The position numbers were made by a program, and so were the translations under genes. Positions 36,328 to 48,300 of a stretch of 53,934 nucleotides of DNA are shown here, piece after piece. Position 1 is the first letter of the stretch; each line of letters begins with the position of its first letter. Under the pieces are notes generated by a model that was not told the origin of the DNA, searched no databases, and saw nothing but the letters and a program-made list of their open reading frames with translations. Source of the stretch: Leucoraja erinacea (lineage: Eukaryota); contig NW_026575328.1 in NCBI RefSeq assembly GCF_028641065.1, forward strand, positions 1-53,934, in the 5' to 3' direction.

Positions 36328-39300
36328 GCAGTGGAGAGATAAGTTAATTTGGCCTTCCATCACAGCGATGTGATGGATGTTTATGCAAATTATGTTGTGT
36401 CTTGGGTCTATGTGTTTGTAATGTATGGCTGCAGAAACGGCATTTCGTTTGGACCTCAAGGGGTCCAAATGACAATTAAATGTATCTTGTATCTTGTATC
36501 TTGTAAATGGATAGGACAGGTTTAGACGGATTTTGGGCCAAACGCAGGCAGGCGAGTCTAGTGTAGATGGGACATATTGGTGGGTGTGGACAAGTTGAGC
36601 CGAAGGGTCTGTTTCCACACTGACTTGATGAGTCAATGTCTCTAACCTATATCTAATGGAATGACCAAATTGCTGGAGTAACTCAGCGGGTCTGGCAGCA
36701 TCTCTGGAGAACATGAAACGCTGACGTTTCCGCGTTCGACCCTTCGTCGTACTGCCTCTGAGATGCTGCCCGACCCTCTAAGTTACTCCAGCATTTCGTG
36801 TCTTTCTTTTGTAAACCGGCACCAGTGGTTCCGAAAGGCTCCACGTGGCGACATCCCCGACTCAAACCGAATCTCTTCCCCAGTTATTCTATATTGAGTA
36901 GAATTTGTGCCGTCATGTCGCAGTTGGAGAAGACGTTGGTGAAGCCGAAATTTAGAGGAGTGTGTTCAGTTCTGTGCATCATGTTATATGAAATATGTGG
37001 TATAACTGGAACGGGTACAGAGAAGGCTGACCCGGATGTTGCCAGGACTAGAGGGTCTGAGCTATAGGGAGAGGTTGAGTAGGCTGGGAATCTGGAGCTC
37101 AGGAGAATGAGGTGTGATCTTAGAGAGGTGTATAAAATAATGAGAGGAATAGATCGGATAGTTGCACATATTATCTTGCCCCGAGTAGGTGAATCGAGCT
37201 CCAGAGGACATAGGTTTAAGGAGAAGAGGAAACGTTTTTAATGGGATTCTGAGGAGAACATTTCAACGAATGTTGGTGGCTGTATGGAACAAGCTGCCAG
37301 AGGAGGTTGTTCAGACTGGGACTATCCCTGTTAAAAAAAAAATTAGAGGCAGACTTTTCGTACAAGAGTTGGACAATATCCGGTGCTGATGTGGTGTCTG
37401 CCGTGGAAGGAACGTCCGCTGTGTTGCCGTGTACATTCACCCACCCACCCACTGATCACAACCTCACCGGCTCCGTGTTGTGGTACAGGAGGAAATCCGG
37501 GGGTGACCACCTTGTGTTTAACTGTACATATCTAAGTCCTGACCGCTGCAGCGGCGAAGAAGTGACACCGGCGACAAGAAGGGTTTTGTTGAGATTCGTG
37601 GGGAACCTCAGGCAGAGGGATGCCTCCATCATGGTGGAGCGACTGAGCCGGGAAGACGACGGTGCAAGGTACCGGTGCCGTGTGGAACTCAACGTTGGAA
37701 AACGTCACGCTGTGGAGCCAACACGCCTGACCGTGAGAGGTGAGGAACAATGCTGAGAGGCTGTAATTGCCCCAGATAGCCCAGGCCAAACGTGTCCATG
37801 GTGCACTGAATGATCAATACATTTTGTTCCGCCCCATGTTAGACGTGCCGGTTCCGCATGTGATAGCTTTGCAATCCATCCCGCAGTAGAATTTAGTTTA
37901 GTTTAGTTAAGTTTAATTTATTGTTGTCACGTGCACCGAGGTACAATGAAAAGCTTTTTCGTTGCGTGCTATCCAGTCAGCGAAAAGACGATACATATCT
38001 ACGATCAAGCCATCCACAGTGCAGAGATGCAGGATATAGGGTGTAATGTGTTCCTAGATAAGGTCAGAGCGGCAACCTATTCGAAACCTACATGGTCTTT
38101 AGCAAGGCCTTTGATAATAATCCGCATGGTAGGCTGGCTGCTCTAGAAGGTCGGGTCAGTGGGATCCAGAGAGCGTAAGTTAACTGGATGAAAAGTTGTC
38201 CTGATACAAGGCAGCAGAGGATGATGGTGATAGTCTCTTGGACTGTAGGCATGTGACCAGTGTTGTGCTTTAGAGATTGTTGCTGGACCCGTTGCTGTTG
38301 GTAGTCAGTATCAACGATATTGGATAAAAATGCGCAAGGCATACCTAGTAAATTGGACGATGACGCTAAAATATGTGATATTGTATACAGTGCAGAAGGA
38401 TGATAGATACAAAAACTGGAGTAACTCGGCGGGTCAGACAGGGTCTCTGGAGAAAATGAATAGATGACGTTCCTGGTCGAGGTCCTTCTTCAGACTCAAG
38501 ACGTGACTCAAGAGGTGAGATAGCAGAGTCAGGGGGTGGGGGAGAAGGCAGGAACGGGGCACAGATTCCCGATGATCAGCCATGATCACATTGAATGGTG
38601 GTGCTGGCTCGAAGGGCCGAATGGCCTACTCCTGTACCTATTGTCTATTGTCTATTGTTTATTGTTTCCGGTTAGACTATTCAGACTAGTCTTCAGGCTC
38701 GGCCCAAAACGTCACCTTCTCTCCAGAGATGCTACTCAAGTTTTGTGTGTGTATCTTGGGTTTAAACCAGCAACCCCAGTTCATTCCTACGCAGTTCAGA
38801 ATGATATCAAGAATATCTTCGGGATCTTGTGCGAGTTGCTGCAGTTTTGGAGGTTTCCATGTTGAATAGGGCCTGGAGATTGATGTAGAACAGAAGCACA
38901 TTGGATTACAAATACAAATACAAATACATAGCTTCCCGAAAGTGGCGTCAAATGTAGACAAGGTGATGAACAATAGTCTTGTCTCACTGGCAGTCAACAG
39001 GCAGGGCATTGAATACAGATAAAAAGAACTGCAGATGCTGCTTTACAAAAGTGGACACAGAGTGCTGGTGTAAGGCAGGTAAGGCAGTATCCCACGATAA
39101 CATGCATATACGACCTTTAGAGTCGGAACCCTTCGTCAGACGGATTGTGGAGGAGGGAATAAATATTGTGCGTATTCACGCTGGCTATTTCTTTCCTGAT
39201 TTTATACGTTCTGAAAATATCACCCTGCGACCCGTATAATTGCAAACGTTATATTGTTTCGGGGGGGGGGGGGGTGTACATTGACAGAAAATGTATAGAA

Positions 39301-42300
39301 AGCATATGGGACAAACGGAGGCAAATGTCAATCCACATGGCCTACTTGAACTGAGGAGTTATTAATCTATATGAGTGCTGTATATTTAAACAGTCCACAC
39401 TGCCAGACGTTTGCACTGCGAACGGGAGAGTAGAGGGAACACTCACTGAGAGAGGTGCCTCGTGCTATAGGCGACGGCGGGGCCTGGTACCAGTTGGGTG
39501 GGCGGGTCATCGCTTAGCACATTGAACAAGCCCAGCGCAGAACAGCAGCGGTGGCACGGGTTCACTGTCGTTCGTTCTCTGACACCCAAGACAGAGCTGA
39601 TGCAGTGCCGCACTGCCAGAGGCGCTCTGCCCAGCCCAGTGACTCGCTGCCGGGGCGACCCTTGATCTGCCCTGTTCCCGGCGCACACACCATACCTTCC
39701 CGGGGACCATCACTGTCAGCTCCACACTGGTCGCCGCCTCCACCCACTAGCCCCGAGGAGAGGTCGGTACAAAACAATTCACTCACAACACTCTGAAATA
39801 TTCTGATGGTAGATAAAATATGCCGGAGTAACTCAGCTGGACAGACAGCGCCTTTGGAAAGAAGGAATGGGTGACATTTCGGGTTGAGACCCCTCTTACA
39901 TTGTGATGTCTGTCCTTCACTCAGCTGCTGTCGTGAATGTCTCAGTTATGACTGGGACTGAGGGGGCTTCGGCCACGTTACCCTGTGTGTTCCCACCGTC
40001 TGCACTCAACCACACCCTACACAGAATCACATGGATAAGGAAGGATACCTACCGACACATCGTCGCGTTCAGACCACAACTTGATGGATCCTGGGCGGCG
40101 GAGAACGGAGCAAATCGGTTCGAGCTGGTTGGGGACCCAATGCAGGGAATCGCCTCAACCAGGATAAAGCAGCTGAGTGTGGAGGACAGTGACGGCTACC
40201 TGTGTCTGGTGGATATCAGGAAACCTGATTACTACCGTCCTGCATCGCCCCCAATCCATAGCCCCATCGTAAACCCGTCGTTTATCCAACTTTCGCAGCG
40301 TGAGGTCCTCCTGCGGGTCACAGCTGGTAAGAAATCATCGCCACATTCTGCAGTCCGCAGCGATTGTGTAGAGGGAGGGAGGGAAACCGGATCCCCGTCT
40401 CTTAGGGCTCAACGAGCCGAGCCGAGCGTCCGTGTAGCCAAGATCCTCTACAGAGCCTTGGGGGCAGCTTTCTTGTCGCCACAACTAGGGTGTATTATAG
40501 CAACATAGTAAATAGGTGCAGCAGTAGGCCATTCAGCCCTTCGAGCCTGCACCGCCATTCAATATGATCATGGCTGATCAGCCAACTCAGTATCCTGTAC
40601 CTGCCTTCTCTCCATACCCCCTGATCCATTTAGCCACAAGGGCCACATCTAACTCCCTCTTAAATATAGCCAATGGACTGGCCTCAACTACCTTCTGTGG
40701 CAGAGAATTCCAGAGATACACCACTCTCTGTGTGAAAAATGTTTTCCTCATCTCGGTCCTAAAAGATTTCCCCCTTATCCTTAAACTGTGACCCCCTTGT
40801 TCTGGACTTCCCCAACATCGGGAACAATCTTCCTGCATCTAGCCTGTCCAAACCCTTAAGAATTTTGTAAGTTTCTATAACATCCCCCCTCAATCTTCTA
40901 AATTCTAGCGAGTACAAACGGAGTCTATCCAGTCTTTCTTCATATGAAAGTCCTGGCATCCCAGGAATCAGTCCGGTGAACATTCTCTGCACTCCCTCTA
41001 TGGCAAGAATGTCTTTCCTCAGGACGCAATACGCAATACTCCAGGTGTGATCTCACCAAGACCCTGTACAACTGTAGTAGAACCTCCCTGCTCCTATACT
41101 CAAATCCTTTTGCTATGAAAGCTAACACACCATTCGCCTTCGTCTCTACCTGCTGCACCTGCATGCCTACTTTTAATGACTGGTGGACCATGACACCCAG
41201 GTCTCGTTGCCTCTCCCCTTTTCCTAATCGGCCACCATTCAGATAATAGTATACTTTCCTGTTTTTGCCACCAAATGGATAACCTCACATTTATCCACAT
41301 TATACTGCATCTGCCATGCATTTGCCCACTGACCCAGCCTATCCAAGTCACCCTGCAGTCTCCTAGCATCCTCCTCACATCAAACACTGCCCCCCAGCTT
41401 AGTGTCATCCGCAAACTTGGAGATGTTACACTCAATTCCCTCGTCCAAATCATTAATGTATATTGTAAATAGCTGGGGTCCCAGCACTGTGCCTTGCGGT
41501 ACCCCACTATTTACTGCCTGCCATTGTGAAACGGACCCGTTTACTCCTACTCTTTGCCTCCTGTCTGCCAGCCAGTTCTCTATCCACATCAATATTGAAC
41601 CCCCAATACCGTGTGCTTTAAGTTTGTATACTAATCTCTTATGTAGGACCTTGTCGAAAGCCTTCTGAAATTCCAGATATAACACATCCACTGGTTTTCC
41701 CTTATCCAGTCTACTAGTTACATCCTCGAAAAATTCTATAAGATTCTTCAGACATGATTTACCTTTCATAAATCCATACTGACTTTGTCCAATGATTTCA
41801 CCACTTTCCAAATGTGCTGCTATCCCATCTTTAATAACTGATTCTAGCAGTTTCCCCAGTACCGACGTTAGACTAACTGGTCTGTAATTCCCCGTTTTAT
41901 CTCTCCCTCCCTTTTTAAAAAAGTGGGGTTACATTAGCTACCCTCCAATCCTCAGGAACTACTGCAGAATCTAAAGAGTTTTGAAAAATTATCACTAATG
42001 CAACCACTATTTCTGGGGCTACTTCCTTAAGTACTCTGGGATGCAGCCTATCTGGCCCTGGGGATTTATCGGCCTTTAACCCATTCAGTTTACCTAACAC
42101 CACTTCCCAGCTAACTTGGATTTCACTCAATTCCTCCATCTCATTTGACCCCCGGTCCCCTGCTATTTCCGGCAGATTATTTATGGCTTCCTTAGTGAAG
42201 ACGGAACCAAAGTAATTATTCAATAGGTCTGCCATGACCTTGTTCCCCATGATCAATTCACATGTTTCTGACTGCGAGGGACCTACATTTGTTTTAACTA

Positions 42301-45300
42301 ATCTTTTTCTCTTCACATATCTATAACAGCTTTTGCAGTCAGTTTTTATGTACCCTGCCAGTTTTCTTTCATAATCTATTTTCCCTTTCCTAATTAAGCC
42401 CTTTGTCCTCCTCTGTTGGTCTCTGAATTTCTCCCAGTCCTATGGTAGGCTGCTTTTTCTGGCTAATTTGTATGCTTTATCTTTTGTTTTGATACTATCC
42501 CTGATTTCCATTGTTATCCACGGATGCATTACCTTCCCTGTTTTTTTTTTGCCAAACTGGGATTAATAATTGTTGTAGTTCATCCATGCAGTCTTTAAGT
42601 GTCTTACATTGCATATCCACCGTCAACCCATTAAGAATCAATTGCCAGTCTATCTTGGCCAATTCACGTCTCATACCCTCAAAGTTACCTTTCTATAAGT
42701 TCAGGACCCTTGTTTCTGAATTAACAATGTCACTCTCCATCCTAATGAAGAACTCAACCATATTATGGCCACTTTTGCCCAAGGGGGCACGTACAACAAG
42801 ATTGCTAACTAACCCTTCCTCATTACTCAATAGCCAGTCTAGAATAGCCTGCTCTCTCGTTGGTTCCTCTACAGGTTGGTTTAGAAAACTATCCCGCATA
42901 CATTCCAAGAAATCTTCTTCCTCAGCACCCTTCCCAATTTGATTCACCCAATCTATATGTAGATTGAAGTCACCCATTATAACTGTTTTACCTTTGTTGT
43001 GCGCATTTCTAATTTCCTGTTTGACGCCATCCCCAACTCCACTACTACTGTTGTGGCCTGTACACAACTCCCACTAGCGTTTTCTGCCCCTTAGTGTTTC
43101 GCAGCTCTACCCATATCGATTCCACATCCTCCAAGCTAATGTCCTTCCTTTCTATTGCGTTAATCTGCTCTCTAACCAGAAACGCTCCCCACCTCCTTTC
43201 CCTTTCTGTCTATCCCTCCTGAATATTCAATATCCCTGGATGTTCAGCTCCCAGCCTTGGTCACCCTGGAGCCATGTCTCCGTGGTCCCAATTATATCAT
43301 AGTCATTAAAAAGTATCTGCACATTCAACTCATCCACCTTATTACGAATGCTCCTTGCATTGAGACGCAAAGGCTTCAGTCTTGTTCTACAACACTCTTA
43401 CGATATGATATGCCATTTATTGTCACTATACATGTACAGTGAAACTGAAAGCTGCTCGTACTCAGTGCATACATACAATTTAGCACAAAAAACAAGAAAC
43501 AGAAAAAACAAAAAAACAGAAGGGAGATGGGGGGGGGGGGGGGGAATAGGTGCACAAATTCTGCGGCGCTACATACATATATACATATATACAGATGGAA
43601 GTCCGTGTTGGGCGGTGTAGTCAGTGCATGTGTGAATTTGAATTTATAGTAGATATAATTCTCGGAAAGCAACTATTCCTGAGTCTGTTTGTCCTGGATT
43701 TGATGCACCTATAGCGCCTTCCAGAGGGCAGCAGGTCGAACAGTCCAAACGCAGGATGGGAGCTGTCTTTGATGATCTTCTTTGCCCTGCTAAGGCAGCG
43801 GGAGGTGTAGATGTCCATCAGGGAGGGGAGAGGGCAGCCAATGATCCTCTGCGCTGTCCTAGTTACCCTCTGAAGTCTCTCCCTGTCTGCCATGGTGCAG
43901 CTGCCATACCATGCTGTAATGCAGTATGTCAGCAGGCTCTCGATGGACGAGCGGTAGAAGGTCAGCAGCAGGTTAGAGTCCAGGTTGTGCTTCCTGAGGA
44001 CCCTCAGGAAGTGCAGCCGCTGCTGAGCCTTCTTGATGACCGCTGTCGTGTTGTCCGTCCAGGAGATGTCAGCAGCGATATGGACGCCGAGAAACCGGAA
44101 GGTGTTGACCCTCTCCACACACTCGCCATTGATGTGTAGGGGGGCTAAGTCGGTGCTGTGCCTCCTGAAGTCGACAATGAGCTCTTTTGTTTTCCTGGTG
44201 TTCAGAGCCAGATTGTTTTCTGAGCACCAGGTTGTCAACTTCAGGACTTCATCTCTGTAGGCTGCCTCGTCTCCCCTCGAAATAAGTCTGACCACAGTAG
44301 TGTCATCAGCAAATTTGACGATGCGGTTGTTGTTGTGGGCCGGACTACAGTCGTAGGTGTAGAGACAGTATAAGAGGGTGCTTAGCACACAGCCCTGTGG
44401 GGAACCGGTACTCAACCTGCGAGTGGAGGAGAGGTGGGGGCCGAGTCTCACAGTCTGGGGCCGGTTGGTGAGGAAATCCTTTATCCAGGCACACGTGACA
44501 GTGGGGAGGCCGAGAGTGACCAGTTTACCAATGAGAATGTCCGGAATGATTGTATTAAAGGCTGAACTAAAATCCACAAAGAGCATCCGGACGTAGCTCT
44601 GCCCCTGCTCCAGACGGCTCAGCATAGAGTGGAGAGCTACGGTGATGGCGTCTTCTGTGGATCTGTTTTGGCGATAGGCGAATTGGTGGGGGTCGAGGTC
44701 TGGTGGTAGATAGTCCTTGATGTGCTGGAGGACCAACCTCTCGAAGCACTTCGTGATTACCGGAGTGAGGGCCACAGGACGGTTGCCATTAAGGCTGGTG
44801 ATGGTAGACTTCTTCGGCACAGGGACGATTGTGGCTGATTTTAGGCAGGACGGAATAACTGCCTGGGCCAGGGAGAGGTTGAAAATTCTGGTGAAGATGG
44901 CAGTGAGCTGGTGGGCGCACGCTTTGAGCACCTTACCAGGGACTCCATCTGGGCCGGTAGCCTTCTTGGGGTTCACTGCCAGGAGCACCCATCTGACATC
45001 ATGTTCCATGACAGTGAGTGGAGTAGTACAGGAGCTAGGTGTGGGTGGAAACAGGGCTGTAGCAGGTGAGTGCTGCTGTTGTGATGTTTCAAAGCGGGAG
45101 AAGAAGCAATTTAGCTTTTCTGCCAGCGGCGCACTCAGGTCTTCTGACTTTGTGGCACAGCCTCTGTAGTTGGTAATGTCTTGTATGCCCCGCCATACCT
45201 CCCGTGTATTATTGCTGGACAAGTGGGACTCTATGCTCCTCTTATGGTCCGCCTTGGCTTTTTTAATACCACTTTTCAGATCGGCTCGAGCAGCCCTGTA

Positions 45301-48300
45301 CAGAGCTCTGTCACCTGACCTGAAGGCAGCATCGCAGGCTCTGAGGAGTGTGCGGACCTGGCTGGACATCCAGGGTTTCTGGTTTGGGAAAACCCGTATG
45401 TTTTTGTCTACAGTCACATTTCCGATGCAGAACTTGATATAGTCCAGCACCGATTCTGTGAGAGTTTCCAGATCCTGGTGTTCGAATATGTCCCAGTTTG
45501 TCTGTGTAAAGCAGTCCTGTAGATTGGAGAGTGCATTTTCAGGCCAGGTTGTAACAGATCTTATGGTGGGCCTGGCACTGCGTCTGAGGGGGGTGTAGGC
45601 TGGAGAGAGCAGGAGGGAGAGATGATCTGACTGGCCGAGTTGGGGGAGGGGGATGGCTCTATACGCGTGCTTGATATTGGTGTAGACATGATCCAGCGTG
45701 TTCACCCCTCTAGTAGAACACTTGACATGTTGGTAGAATTTCGGCAGTACAGTCTTCAAGTTGGCCTTATTAAAGTCCCCTGCGATTATGTGAACACCTT
45801 CGGGGTGATCCCGCTGCTGTTCGTTAATGGTGTTCAGCAGGAGAGAGAGCGCCTTGTTTACATTGGCGTCAGGTGGAATATACACAGCCGTGACAATCAC
45901 GACTGTTAGTTCTCTCGGTAGAAAAAAAGGCCGGCATCTTACAGACATGTACTCGAGGTCAGGGGAACAATGATTGGCTATGATTGTCCCGTTGTTGCAC
46001 CAATTCTCATGCACGTATATACAGAGACCCCCTCCCCTGCTCTTACCGGAGTCCATAGTCCTGTCCCCGCGGAGCAGAAAGCGACCTGCTAGCTGCATGC
46101 TAGCATCAGGTATCCCCGGGTGAAGCCAGGTTTCGGTGATGATCATAACACAGCAGTCGCGGACATATCGATTTCCGGTGAGTTGTACTTCCAGGTCATC
46201 CATTTTGTGAACCAGGGATCTGGCGTTGGAGAGATACAGGCTCGGTAGAGGTGGCTTGTGTGGTCGATTCCTTGCCTTAGCAAAGCACCGGACCTGCGGC
46301 CTCGCTTCTGCTTCCTCTCCCTCCTCCGTCTGCGCCGCCTCCTAGACCCGACAACAATCCACGGGGACCCCGGTGGTCTTGCTATGTCGCCCGGGATATT
46401 ATACTTGCGATGGAAGACACCCGAAACCGCAGACTGACGCTGGTCACCGATATCTCCGATATCCACCTCATACAATTATATTGAAAAGTGTCCCTTTTTG
46501 ATTTTTGCCCTGGATTTGTCTGCCTGCCACATTTCACCTTGCTACCTATTGCTTCTACCCTCATTTTACACCCCTCTGTCTCTCCGCTCACACATTTAAG
46601 AAACCCTTTCCCTTTAACTCCATCCTCAACTATCCAATTCGACACCCCACCCCCCTTATTCAATTTAAAACTACCCGTGTAGCAGTGGCAAACCTGCCGG
46701 CCAGAATGCTCCCCCCCACTCGTTAACATGCAATCCGTCCCTTTTGTACTGTTCTCCCTTACTCCAAAACAGATCCCAGTGAGCTAAGAATCTAAATCCC
46801 TGTCCCGTGCACCAGTTCCTCAGCCACACGTTCAGGTCCCGTATCTCCCTGTTCCTGCTCTCGCCAGCACGGGGAACTGCCTCGAATCCCGTCTGTTGCC
46901 GCAGAAACCGCTGTCCGTACCTCTCACAATGGAGTCTCCCACTACAATGGCGTTGCCTGACTTTGGCCTTTTTGGTTTTGGCTCAACAGCCTTATTCGCA
47001 TCGCAAGCCAGTCCGCCGCTCAGTGTAAAAACGTCTTATGTCCCGACAGCTTCTAAGTGGGTGAACCTGTTCACAAGAGGTACAACACCCGGGGACGTTT
47101 GCATTACATCCTTCCCTCCCTTTCTCACTGTCTCCCACCTTCTCTCGTCCAGTACCTTATTGAACTGTAGGACTTGTCGAGGAACGACTCAGTTTCTCGG
47201 AGGAACCTGTGGTCATCCACTTACTTCTCCAGTTCCCCAACACGGTCCTTCAGGACCTCTACCTGGATGCACTTGTCACATTTGTAGCAGCCAGAGGCAC
47301 CAGCGGTGTCCTTGACCTCCCACATACTGAAAGCATCACACTGAATCGGCTTACCTGACATCTCTTTCTTTTGTCTCTCCATCTGCAGTATTTTGCGTAG
47401 CCTCTTCTCCTCAGCCTCCTCTCCGAAGACTCCCGAGCCACAGACTCACACTTTTCTCACAGGGCACTTCCCTCACAAGGCCGCTCCCTAAGAGCCGTCT
47501 TGCTTATATTGACATAAATTGCCTAATTTACCAATATACAAACCAAATTCCTCAGTTTTCAACTGTTCCCCCCTCTCTGACTCACTTCTAACTCTCCTCC
47601 CACTTGGGCTAGAGCCAATCAGTGTTTTCTCTTGCTTAGCTTCTCCTGTTGCTTCCAAATCCACAGCAGCTCTGAGTAAAGTCTGCCTGTGCTTTGCCTC
47701 TCCTTTTCAACTGTTTTCCTCCCTCTGGCTCACTTCTAACTCTCCTCCCACTTGGGCTAGAGCCAATCATTGTTTTCTCTTGCTTAGCTTCTCCCGTTTC
47801 CAGTGACAAGGACGTTAAACCAAGGTCTAGCGTGTTCTTCAAACGTCTCTGACAGATCTTGGTCACCCTTCTGAATGAATGAATGATAGAATGATTGAAT
47901 GATTGAATGGATGAATGAATGACTGAATGATTGAATGATTGAATGCATGGATGAGTGAATGAATGATGGAATGAATGAATTAATTAATTAATTAATGGAT
48001 GATTGATGAATGAATGGATGTATGAATGAATNNNNNNNNNNNNNNNNNNNNNNNNNNNNNNNNNNNNNNNNNNNNNNNNNNNNNNNNNNNNNNNNNNNNN
48101 NNNNNNNNNNNNNNNNNNNNNNNNNNNNNNNNNNNNNNNNNNNNNNNNNNNNNNNNNNNNNNNNNNNNNNNNNNNNNNNNNNNATTGAATGAATGATTGA
48201 ATGAATGAATGAATTAATTAATCAATTAATCAATCAATCAATCAATCAATCAATGAATTAATTAATTAATTGTTTAATTGATTGATTCATTAATTGATTA

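Noticed and set aside
39430-39790. GC-rich intronic block, possibly an extra exon or a Deu-SINE core
   Set aside because: No convincing splice sites, no counterpart found in gene A, and resemblance to Deu-SINE too weak to call
43756-45909. Several plus-strand ORFs
   Set aside because: Antisense shadows of the Rex1 ORF
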